A DNA stretch of 64,000 bases, taken from NCBI GenBank assembly GCA_965223545.1, contig OZ245006.1:7840001-7904000 (forward strand). Reading direction: 5' to 3'. The stretch comes from Planctomycetota bacterium (GTDB lineage: Bacteria; Planctomycetota; UBA1135; UBA2386). Each line of letters opens with the position of its first letter. The first letter of the stretch is position 1. Under the pieces are notes generated by a model, which was not told the origin of the DNA, did no database searches, and worked only from the letters and a program-made list of their open reading frames with translations. Positions 52,742-61,593 of this stretch are shown piece by piece. The position numbers were made by a program, and so were the translations under genes.

Positions 52742-54328
52742 TCAGATCCTCGCCTTGCGCAGCATGGTTTTGGCGCACAGCGCCCCCGGCGCCCCCATCA
52801 GCCCGCCGCCGGGGTGCGCGCCGGAGCCCGCCAGCCAGAGGTTGGCGATCGGGGTCGCGTGGCGCGCCCACCCAGCCGCTGGGCGCAAGAACGCCATCTG
52901 GTCCAGGGTCAGCTCGCCGTGGAAGATGTTGCCCTCGGTGAGGCCGAACTCCTGCTGCAGGTCCCACGGAGTCAGCACCTGGCGGTGCAGGATCAGGTCG
53001 CGGAGATCGGGTACGTATTCGGCGAGGGTGTCGACGACCGTGTCGCCGAAGGCCTCGCGCTGGGCCGGCCAATCGTCGGCGCCGGTGGACAGGTCGTACG
53101 GCGCGTACTGCACGAAGCACGACATCACGTGTTTGCCCGGCGGCGCGACCGTGGGATCGACCGTCGACGGAATCACCACGTTGATGTAGGGCCGGCGCGA
53201 GAAGGAGCCGTACTTGGCTTCGTCGTACGCGCGCTCGAGGTACTCGACGCTGGGCGCGATCGCGATGTCGCCGCGCAGGTGCTCGTCGCCCGGGCGGCAG
53301 GCGAACTCCGGCAAGCGATCGAGCGCCAGGTTGACCTTGCCCGAGCTGCCGCGAAACCGGTAGCGCTGGATCGCGCGGGAAAACTCGTCGGGAAGATGGT
53401 CGGCGCCGACGAAGCCGAGGAACGTCCGGCGTGGGTCGCAGCCGGAGATCACGTGCTTGGCCCGCACCACGTCGCCGTTTGCCAGCACCACGCCGGTGGC
53501 GCGCTGGCCGCGCACCTCGATGCGCTCGATCGGCGCCTCGGTGCGGATCTCCGCCCCGAAGTGGCGCGCGGCCGCGGCGATCGCGTTGCTCACCCCACCC
53601 GTGCCGCCGCGCTGGAATCCCCAGCTGCGGAACGCGCCGTCGATCTCGCCCATGTAGTGGTGCAGCAGGACGTACGCCGTGCCGGGCGAGCGCACACCCA
53701 AGAAGGTGCCGATGATGCCGCTCACCGACATCGGTGCTTTGAGCTCGTCCGACTCGAACCACTCGTCGAGGAAGTCGATGGCGCTCATCGTCAGCAGCTT
53801 GAGCCGCAACTCGCGCTGCGCCGTATCGGCATCCCCGAAGCGGCGGCCGAGCCGCAGCAGGTGACTCAGCTCGCCGGGGTGCAGGCTGGTCGGCTCTGGA
53901 GCGGGCGCGTCGATGATGGGGCGGACGAAGCGTCCGATCTTCGACATCGCCTGGCTGAACTCGGCCAGCGTCTCGGCGTCGCGCCGGCTGAACGCCGCCA
54001 CCTCGTCGCGGGTGCGGGCGGCGTCCGACCAGCGGCACATCGAACGGCCGTCGGGCAGCGGCAGGAACGACGACTCCAGCGGGATCAGGTCGAGACCGAA
54101 GCGCGGCAGCTGCAGCTCACGGATGATCCACGGCCGCAGCAGACTGACGACGTAGCTGCACACCGAGTAGGTGAAGCCGTCGTACAGCTGCTCGCTCACC
54201 GCGGCGCCGCCGAGCACGTGGCGGCGCTCGAGCACGAGGACGCGACGCCCGGCCTTGGCGAGATAGGCGGCGCAGACCAGGCCGTTGTGTCCACCGCCGA
54301 CGATCACCGCATCCCAGAGCTGCGCCAT
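52742..54328 (-). CDS. Phytoene desaturase-family (PYROXD2-like) FAD oxidoreductase
   Basis: GGGHNGL, GTAYVLLHH, GNIFHGEL and HPGGG motifs. Confidence 0.93.
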   Translation of the reverse strand: MAQLWDAVIVGGGHNGLVCAAYLAKAGRRVLVLERRHVLGGAAVSEQLYDGFTYSVCSYVVSLLRPWIIRELQLPRFGLDLIPLESSFLPLPDGRSMCRWSDAARTRDEVAAFSRRDAETLAEFSQAMSKIGRFVRPIIDAPAPEPTSLHPGELSHLLRLGRRFGDADTAQRELRLKLLTMSAIDFLDEWFESDELKAPMSVSGIIGTFLGVRSPGTAYVLLHHYMGEIDGAFRSWGFQRGGTGGVSNAIAAAARHFGAEIRTEAPIERIEVRGQRATGVVLANGDVVRAKHVISGCDPRRTFLGFVGADHLPDEFSRAIQRYRFRGSSGKVNLALDRLPEFACRPGDEHLRGDIAIAPSVEYLERAYDEAKYGSFSRRPYINVVIPSTVDPTVAPPGKHVMSCFVQYAPYDLSTGADDWPAQREAFGDTVVDTLAEYVPDLRDLILHRQVLTPWDLQQEFGLTEGNIFHGELTLDQMAFLRPAAGWARHATPIANLWLAGSGAHPGGGLMGAPGALCAKTMLRKARI

Positions 54329-55527
54329 CAGGCCTTCTTTCGCTCCGGGTCGAAGAACGGCAGCGGGGTGACCACGGCGGCGGCCGTGTGGCGTTCGTAC
54401 TCGCAGGTGACCTCGATCGAGATCGTCGTGCCGGGGGCGGCGTGTGCCGCATCGATGGTGCCCAGCGCCAAGTACTGCTTGAGCAGCGGCGACCAGGCGC
54501 GGCTGGTCGCGTAGCCGATCTGCGCGCCGCCGTGCAGCAGCGGGACACCTTCGCGGCAGGTCTCGGTGGCCAAGTGGGGCACCAGGCCGAAGCGGTCGTG
54601 GATCTCTTCGAAGGCGTCCCAGTCGACCACCAGGCCGACGAACGCGCGCCGGCGCCCGGCCTGCCGCTCGCGGAGCAGCGCTTGCTGGCCGACGAACGGC
54701 TCGCGTTCGAGCTGCAGCATCCAGTCGAAGCCGAGCTCGGCAGGCGTCGACTTCTGCCGTTCGATGAACGCGTGCCGCGCCGGGGTGTAGTCGACGCCGT
54801 TCAGCACGAAGCCGGCTTCGACGCGGGAGACGTCGAGTGCGTCGAGGCCCATCGGCAGCAGCCCGTGCGGGCGGCCGGCCTCGAGGACCGCGTCGAGCAG
54901 GGCGATGGCACGGTCGTTCTCGACCCACAGCTCGTAGCCGAGGTCACCGGTGTAGCCGGTGCGTGTCACGACCCCCTCGGCGCTGCCGCCATCGAGGCCG
55001 AAGCGGGCGGGCATGGCGCGAAAGAAGCGCAGCGCGTCGATGCCGCCGCCGACCACCGGCCGCAACACGTCGCGCGCCCGCGGGCCCTGCACCGCGAGTG
55101 CGGCGAGGGATCGGCTGACGTCGTCGATGCGGACGTCGAGGTCGCGGGCGTGGTCGGTCAGCCAGGCGTAGGTCGGCTCGGCCGAGGTCAACCGCAGGTG
55201 GTCATCCGCCAGTACCGAGACGGTGCCGTCGTCGAGCACCTTGCCGGCGTGGTCGGTCCAGCAGACGTAGCTGACCCGGCCGACTGCGTGTCGGGTGAAG
55301 TCGCGGACGCTGATTCGGGACAGCAGCGCACGGGCGCCCTGGCCCCGGATCTCGTACTTGTAGAGCGGAGTCGCATCCATCACCGTCGCTTGATGGCGCA
55401 GCGCGTAGTACTCGCGGTCTACGTAGGTGTCGTAGCGCCGCACCGCGTGGCAGCCGGCCCATTCCTTGAACGCCAAGCTGGTGCACAGGGCGTGGGTGCG
55501 CGCGTGGAAGGCGGTGGGTTGGGGCAT
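54328..55527 (-). CDS. GcvT-like aminomethyltransferase/demethylase
   Basis: LAVQGP, TRTGYTGDLGYE, RVEAG and PFFDP motifs; start could be 55548. Confidence 0.92.
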   Translation of the reverse strand: MPQPTAFHARTHALCTSLAFKEWAGCHAVRRYDTYVDREYYALRHQATVMDATPLYKYEIRGQGARALLSRISVRDFTRHAVGRVSYVCWTDHAGKVLDDGTVSVLADDHLRLTSAEPTYAWLTDHARDLDVRIDDVSRSLAALAVQGPRARDVLRPVVGGGIDALRFFRAMPARFGLDGGSAEGVVTRTGYTGDLGYELWVENDRAIALLDAVLEAGRPHGLLPMGLDALDVSRVEAGFVLNGVDYTPARHAFIERQKSTPAELGFDWMLQLEREPFVGQQALLRERQAGRRRAFVGLVVDWDAFEEIHDRFGLVPHLATETCREGVPLLHGGAQIGYATSRAWSPLLKQYLALGTIDAAHAAPGTTISIEVTCEYERHTAAAVVTPLPFFDPERKKA

Positions 55528-55621
55528 GCGAGGCCGCGCCGCAGGCATGGGCCCGCGACGACGAGCGGAAGGTAGCGCGCATCCGCGCAGCGGCAAAGCG
55601 CGGAGTGGATGGGCGAACGCG

Positions 55622-57253
55622 TCAGCCGCCGGTGCGACAGAAGCACGAGCCCGGGATCTCGACGTCGGCGTGGGCCCATGCTTTGGCGAAACGCGCCCGC
55701 ATCTGCTCGGCCTCGGCGTGGCGACCCAGCTCGGCCAGGCACTCGGCCAGGCCGTGCAGGGCCCAGCCGTTCTCCGGATAGCGCTCGAGGTTGGCGCGGT
55801 AGACCTGCTCGGCCGCGGTGAAACGGCCGCGCTCGGTCAGCAGCGCACCGAGGGCGTGCCGGGCGGGCTCCATCCAACCCCAGGGCTCGTCGTAGTTGAG
55901 CGACAGGTCGAGCTCGACCGCGCGCTGCAAGAGCGCGAAGGCGCGCTCGTCGTTGCCGCGCCGATACTCGAGCTCGCCTTCCAGCACTGCCTCGGCCACC
56001 GCGAGAATCTCGGCCACCGAGTTGTTGAACAGCAATCGCGACTCGGGCACCGCGGCGCGGGCGTCGCGGAACGCGACCAGCGTGTCGGCCGCCTCATCGA
56101 CCTGACCGAGGGCTGCCTGCGCCAGACCGCGCGCGTAGGTCCAGACCGCTCGGGTCGCCAGCAGGTCGGTGTCCGGCTCGGGCTCGGCCAGCAAGTCTTG
56201 CCACAGCCCGAAGCGCACCATGACGTGGTACGGAGTGGCGTGGAAGATATCGAGGAAGTCGATCGCCTCCTGGGCGAGTCCCGCCGGGATCTCTTCGACC
56301 AAGCGCCGCGCGGCGCGCAGCGCCATGGCACGCTGTCCGGTCCACATCGCGCCGTAGGCGACAAAGTGGTAGTTGTGCAGTCGGTAGAGGCTGTAGAAGT
56401 TCTCGCGGCCGGCGTGACGGACGTAGATCTCGTCGAGCGCGACCGCGCGTTCGTTGACGCGGATGAGGTCCTGGTAGAGCCCGGCCCACAGGTAGATGTG
56501 GCTCGGCATGTGCACGAGATGGCCGAGCCCCGGCGCGAGCTGCTCGAGCCGTCGCGCCGCTGGCAGGGCCGCGCGCAGCTCGGGCCCGGCCTCCATCGCG
56601 TGGATGTAGAGGTGGCACAGCGCGGGGTGATCCGGCCAACGCAAGAGCGCCGGCTCCAAGACCGTGCGGATCTCGGCGGTCTCGGGGGCAGGTGTGCCGT
56701 CGGGCGCCCACAGCTTCCACGGCCGCAGCATCATCAGCGCCTCCGCCGTGAGAGCGGCGACATCGTCGTCGTCGGGATGCGCCCGGTGCACCGCGCGCAT
56801 CGCCTCGGCGTACGCGGCTTCGACCGGCGGCCGGTCGACGAGGGCGTCGGACGGGTAGCGCACCTGTAGCGCATCGATGAGCGCGCGCTCGACCGGCGAG
56901 GCACCGGTGGCCAAGGCCGCGGCGCGGCGGCTCGCCTCGAAGGTGGTGCGCGCCGTCTCGTCGGTCATCTCGACGTTGTTGTAGTTGGGACCGGCGGCGT
57001 AGCCGATGCCCCAGTGCGGCATCGCGCACTCGGGGTCGAGCTCGGCGGCGATGCCGAAGCACCGGATCGCCTCTTCGTGGTTGAAGCCGTAGGTCAGCGC
57101 CAGTCCGCGGTCGAACCAGCGCTGCGCGTCGGCCGAGGCGGTGTGGATCGGAAAGTGGACGTCGCCGATGTCGTAGACCGTGGCGCTGGGCGATTGCAGC
57201 GAGCGGCAGGCGGTGATCGCGGCGACCAGACAGAGGGAAAGGGGCAAGCGCAT
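55622..57253 (-). CDS. TPR-repeat lipoprotein with His-rich motifs
   Basis: ITA-C lipobox; GFNHEEA, HLYIH and HLVHMPSHIY. Confidence 0.85.
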   Translation of the reverse strand: MRLPLSLCLVAAITACRSLQSPSATVYDIGDVHFPIHTASADAQRWFDRGLALTYGFNHEEAIRCFGIAAELDPECAMPHWGIGYAAGPNYNNVEMTDETARTTFEASRRAAALATGASPVERALIDALQVRYPSDALVDRPPVEAAYAEAMRAVHRAHPDDDDVAALTAEALMMLRPWKLWAPDGTPAPETAEIRTVLEPALLRWPDHPALCHLYIHAMEAGPELRAALPAARRLEQLAPGLGHLVHMPSHIYLWAGLYQDLIRVNERAVALDEIYVRHAGRENFYSLYRLHNYHFVAYGAMWTGQRAMALRAARRLVEEIPAGLAQEAIDFLDIFHATPYHVMVRFGLWQDLLAEPEPDTDLLATRAVWTYARGLAQAALGQVDEAADTLVAFRDARAAVPESRLLFNNSVAEILAVAEAVLEGELEYRRGNDERAFALLQRAVELDLSLNYDEPWGWMEPARHALGALLTERGRFTAAEQVYRANLERYPENGWALHGLAECLAELGRHAEAEQMRARFAKAWAHADVEIPGSCFCRTGG

Positions 57254-57286
57254 GGGGAACCTCCGGCGGCATGATAGGTTGGTTCC

Positions 57287-58612
57287 GTGTGTCGACAAAG
57301 CAACCGTCCTGCCGCGCTGCGCCTGCGCGTTCCTCGGCGCCTTTCCGCCTGCTTCTGCACGCTGCTGATTGCGCTCAGCGTCTCCGCGCAAGAGCCCGTT
57401 GACTCAGCGCCGACATCACCTGCGGAAGGCGTCCGTCACTGGAACCAGTGGCGCGGGCCGGACCGCTCGGGCCACAGTCCCGCGCCCGCATGGCCGGCCG
57501 CGCTCGAGGGCAGGCTGCGCGAAACGTGGCGCGTCGAGCTCGGCGCCGGCTACTCCGGTCCGGTCGTCGATGGTGCGCGCGTCTACACGCTGGAGACCGA
57601 GGACGGCAGCCGCGAAGTGGCGCGCGCGTTCGACCGCGAGACGGGCGAACCGCGGTGGGCGGTGGCTTGGGAGGGCGCGATCCAAGTGCCACCGTTCGCT
57701 GCCCGCAACGGATCGTGGACGCGGTCGACGCCAGTCGTCGCGGGCGGCGCGGTGTACTTCGGCGGCATGCGCGACGTGTTGGTCTGCCTGGATGCGGGCA
57801 CGGGAGCCGAGCGGTGGCGGGTGGACTGCGCCACCCGCTTCGATGCACCGCGGCCCGAGTTCGGCCTGGTGTGCTCACCGCTGGTGGACGGCGGTTGCCT
57901 GTACGTGCAGGCTGGCGGTGGGGTGCTGTGTCTGGATGCCGCCGATGGAACCACGCGGTGGCGCGCGCTGGCGGACGAGGCCGGCGAAGGTGTGTTCGGC
58001 GGGGCGTTCGCCTCGCCGGTGATGGCCGAGCTCGCCGGCCGGCGCATGTTGCTGGTGCAGGGCAGGACGCGGCTGCACGGTCTGGACCCCGATAGCGGTG
58101 CGGTGCTGTGGTCGCGCGCCGTGCGCACCGACCGGGGGATGAACATCTTGACCCCGCAGCCGTTCGGCGACGGCGTCTTCACCACCGCCTACGGCGGCCG
58201 CGCGGTGTTCTTCGAGCTCGCGGTGGACGAGGAGTCGGGCGCGGTGCGGGCGGCCGAGGGTTGGCGCGGGCGCGCCCAGGGCTTCATGACGTCGCCGGTC
58301 GTCGTCGACGGCGACGCGTACCTGTTCCTGCGCAGCCAGCGGTTCAGTTGTGTCGATCTTGTAACTGGAGCGACCCGGTGGACGTCCGGCCCGATGGGGG
58401 ACCGCTACTGGTCGTTGGTGGCGCAGGGCGATCGGATCCTGGCGCTGGCCGATACCGGTGTGCTGCGCTTGATCCGCGCGTCGCCCGAGAGCTGCCGCGT
58501 CGAGGAGCGAGTGCAGCTGGCCGACGACGACACTTGGGCCCACCTGGCAGTGGACGGCGGTCAGATCTTCGTCCGCGCGCTGCACGCGTTGGTCGCGTAC
58601 GAGTGGCGCTGA
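57287..58612 (+). CDS. PQQ-like (BamB-type) beta-propeller protein
   Basis: WNQWRGP; repeated S.P and LD..TG...W; start approximate. Confidence 0.88.
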   Translation: MCRQSNRPAALRLRVPRRLSACFCTLLIALSVSAQEPVDSAPTSPAEGVRHWNQWRGPDRSGHSPAPAWPAALEGRLRETWRVELGAGYSGPVVDGARVYTLETEDGSREVARAFDRETGEPRWAVAWEGAIQVPPFAARNGSWTRSTPVVAGGAVYFGGMRDVLVCLDAGTGAERWRVDCATRFDAPRPEFGLVCSPLVDGGCLYVQAGGGVLCLDAADGTTRWRALADEAGEGVFGGAFASPVMAELAGRRMLLVQGRTRLHGLDPDSGAVLWSRAVRTDRGMNILTPQPFGDGVFTTAYGGRAVFFELAVDEESGAVRAAEGWRGRAQGFMTSPVVVDGDAYLFLRSQRFSCVDLVTGATRWTSGPMGDRYWSLVAQGDRILALADTGVLRLIRASPESCRVEERVQLADDDTWAHLAVDGGQIFVRALHALVAYEWR

Positions 58613-58690
58613 GGCCGCTGCCGGCTGCACAAAGAAGACCCGGGTCCCTAAGATGCCGGCCCCGTTCTGGCTTCTGTCCGAGGTGGTCTG

Positions 58691-60520
58691 ATGTTGTTCG
58701 CTCGTGGTGCCGTCGCGTTCCTTTTCACCGCCACACTGCTCGCTGCGCCGCAGGACGCGGGTGTGACGGACGACCGCGCCGCGCGCGAAGAGGCGTTTCG
58801 CGCGTTGATGTCGGGCGCGGTGCTGGCCGGTCACTTCACCGATTCGGCGTCGAGCCGGCCGCCGCAAGAGGAGCGCTACGCGATCGGCGAGGTGCGCAAG
58901 CTGCGCGGGGATCGGTGGCGGCTCGACACCAACATCCGCTACTCGGGCAAGGATCTCACCGTGCCGGTGGTGGTCGAGGTGCGTTGGGCCGGCGATACGC
59001 CGATGATCCAGCTCACCGACGTGGCGGTGCCGATGTTGGGCAAGTTCACCGCGCGCGTCCTGGTCTACGGGGATCGCTACGCGGGGACCTGGGCCGGGGC
59101 CGATCACGGTGGCCACTTGTTCGGCAAGATCGAGAAGGCGCCGCCGCAGGCGGCGGTGGTGGACGGCGCCGGTCGAGGAGGATGGTCGAACTGGCGCGGC
59201 CCGCTGGGTAGCGGTGCCGCCCCGGAATCGCGACCGCCGACCGAGTGGAGCGAAGATCGCAATCTGCGTTGGAAGGTCGAGCTGCCGGGTGCCGGCAGCT
59301 CGACTCCCGTGGTGTTCGGCGATCGCTTGTTCGTGACGTGTGCGATCGAGACCGACCAGCGCGGCGAGCCGTCGCAGTTGGAGCGCCCCGATGCCGGCGG
59401 CGAACGGTCGTCGCGGCCCGGCGGTGAGCGGCGCAACCGTCCGCGGCCGCCCGGCGGCGAAGCCGGCGAGCGGCGCGGCCCGCCGCGCGGTGGCTTCGGC
59501 GGTGGGCCGCCGACCACGGTTCTGCAGTACGCGGTCGTCGCGTTCGACCGGCAGAACGGCGAGCAGTTGTGGCAGACGGTGGTGGCCGAGGGCGTGCCGC
59601 ACGAACGCGGCCACGGCACCTCGACGCAGGCGCAGAACTCGGCGGTCACCGACGGCGAGCGCCTGTACGCGCACTTCGGATCGCGCGGCTTGCACTGCCT
59701 CGACCTGCAGGGCGAGGTCTTGTGGTCGGTGGACTTCGGTCCGATGTTCACCCGCCGGCAGTTTGGCGAAGGCAGCTCACCGGCGCTGTACGGCGACGCG
59801 CTCGTCGTGCCCTGGGATCACGAGGGCGACTCGTTCATCGCGGTGCTCGACAAGCACACCGGTGAGGAGCGCTGGCGGCAGCCGCGCGACGAGCCGACCA
59901 GCTGGGCGACGCCGGTCGTGGTCGAAGTCGATGGCAGGGCGCAGGTGATCCTGCCGGCGACCAACGCGAGCCGGGGTTACGACCTGGAAACCGGCGAGGA
60001 GGTCTGGAGCTGTACCGGGATGACGACCAACTGCATCCCCACCCCGATCCACCGCGATGGCGTCGTCTATCTGATGAGCGGCTTCCGCGGCAACGCGCTG
60101 CAGGCGATCCGGCTCAGCGGCGCGCGCGGAGTGCTCGACGGCACCGACCACGTGCTTTGGAGCCACAACCAGAACACGTCGTACGTGCCCTCGGCGCTGC
60201 TCTACGGCGAGCGACTGTACTTCCTGCGCAGCAACAACGGCGTGCTGTCGTGCCTCGACGCCGCCACGGGCAACGTGCACTACGAGGGCCAGCGGCTCGG
60301 CCTGCGCACGGTGTACGCCTCACCGGTGGGGGCCGGCGGTCACGTCTACCTCACTTCGCGCGACGGCAAGACCGTGGTGGTGGCCGACGGTGACGAGTAT
60401 CGCGTAGTCGCCGAGAACCAGCTCGACGACGTCTTCGACGCCAGCATCGCGGTGGTCGGCGACGTTCTCTATCTGCGCGGCCGGCAGCATCTCTACTGCG
60501 TCGCCGCTTCCTCGTCGTAG
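58691..60520 (+). CDS. PQQ-like beta-propeller protein with extra N-terminal domain
   Basis: WSNWRGP, SSP, SWATP and YASPV motifs. Confidence 0.9.
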   Translation: MLFARGAVAFLFTATLLAAPQDAGVTDDRAAREEAFRALMSGAVLAGHFTDSASSRPPQEERYAIGEVRKLRGDRWRLDTNIRYSGKDLTVPVVVEVRWAGDTPMIQLTDVAVPMLGKFTARVLVYGDRYAGTWAGADHGGHLFGKIEKAPPQAAVVDGAGRGGWSNWRGPLGSGAAPESRPPTEWSEDRNLRWKVELPGAGSSTPVVFGDRLFVTCAIETDQRGEPSQLERPDAGGERSSRPGGERRNRPRPPGGEAGERRGPPRGGFGGGPPTTVLQYAVVAFDRQNGEQLWQTVVAEGVPHERGHGTSTQAQNSAVTDGERLYAHFGSRGLHCLDLQGEVLWSVDFGPMFTRRQFGEGSSPALYGDALVVPWDHEGDSFIAVLDKHTGEERWRQPRDEPTSWATPVVVEVDGRAQVILPATNASRGYDLETGEEVWSCTGMTTNCIPTPIHRDGVVYLMSGFRGNALQAIRLSGARGVLDGTDHVLWSHNQNTSYVPSALLYGERLYFLRSNNGVLSCLDAATGNVHYEGQRLGLRTVYASPVGAGGHVYLTSRDGKTVVVADGDEYRVVAENQLDDVFDASIAVVGDVLYLRGRQHLYCVAASSS

Positions 60521-61593
60521 GGTGGCAGTGGCGTTCCGGCATCGGGGTCGAGCCACCAGATGTTGCCGGTGTCGTCGCCCGCCGCGATGCATCGGCTGTC
60601 GGGAGAGATCGCGACGCAGCGCACCGGCGCGTCCGCGGTCAACAGGCGTCGCCGCTGGCCGGAGGACAGGTCGATGGTGACCACGCGGCCGCCGCCGTCA
60701 CCGGCGACGGCAAAGCGCCCGTCGGGAGCGATCGCCACGCACCAGATCCACTCGCCGCCGCCGTCGTGGAGGACGCGGGCGCGCGCTTGCTCGGTGCCGT
60801 GGGGCAACCACCATTGCCGCAGCCGGGTGTCCTCGCCCGCGCCCAGCACGGTGCGGCCGCGCATGGCCACGGCGGTCTGCTGCCGGCTGTGCTCGAAGGG
60901 CAACCGCGGCGCGGGATTGCCGAGCTGGAAGACCACCGTGTCGCCGGACCGGTGCGCCGCCACGATGTGGCGCTCGGCGCCGGTGGCGAGCGCGCGGAGC
61001 CAGCCGTCGCCGTTGTGGACGGATTCTGGGGCGCGGTCGATGTGCCAGCGGTAGAGCGTGCCGAAGGCGGCGCGTCGGGTGCCGGCCAAGACGGTGTCGC
61101 CGGTGACCGCGGCCAGGCACAGTACCCGGCCGTCGATCGGGGTCGTGGCGTCGTGTCGCAGCGGCGAGCGCTGCGTGCCGCGTTCGTCGATGTGGATGGC
61201 GTGCAGGCTCGAGCCGGGGCCGGCGACCACCGTGCGGCGGCCGGCGAATACCAGCGCGCGGAGCTCGTCCTCGAAACGGAGGAGCGCGGGAGCCGGCCGG
61301 ACGGCGTCGCGCGGATGCAGGTGCAGGGCGCCGTCGGCACCCCCCGACGCCAACACCGCGCCGTCGGGCGCGAAGGCCAGCGCGAGGACCGGGCCGTCGT
61401 GTGCCGGCAACGCGAGCTGGTGCGGCACGCGTGGAGCGGGCGTGGTGCAGGCGGCGACGGTCGCTACCAAGACCAGTGCCGCAGCTCGCCGTCGCGGCCG
61501 AGCGAGCGCATGCGTCGCCGCCCGTCGAAGCGCACCGCGAGCACGGCGCCGTCGTGGCCGGCCCACTCGATTCGTCGTCGGTTTGCTTGCCAT
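60493..61593 (-). CDS. WD40-repeat protein (start uncertain)
   Basis: H.GPVLALAFAPDG..LASGG.DG; CVAI.PD repeats. Confidence 0.75.
   Translation of the reverse strand: MASKPTTNRVGRPRRRRARGALRRAATHALARPRRRAAALVLVATVAACTTPAPRVPHQLALPAHDGPVLALAFAPDGAVLASGGADGALHLHPRDAVRPAPALLRFEDELRALVFAGRRTVVAGPGSSLHAIHIDERGTQRSPLRHDATTPIDGRVLCLAAVTGDTVLAGTRRAAFGTLYRWHIDRAPESVHNGDGWLRALATGAERHIVAAHRSGDTVVFQLGNPAPRLPFEHSRQQTAVAMRGRTVLGAGEDTRLRQWWLPHGTEQARARVLHDGGGEWIWCVAIAPDGRFAVAGDGGGRVVTIDLSSGQRRRLLTADAPVRCVAISPDSRCIAAGDDTGNIWWLDPDAGTPLPPYDEEAATQ

Noticed and set aside
51213..54038. 941-aa oxidoreductase
   Set aside because: The N-terminal extension overlaps the upstream gene out of frame; the start at 52739 fits better
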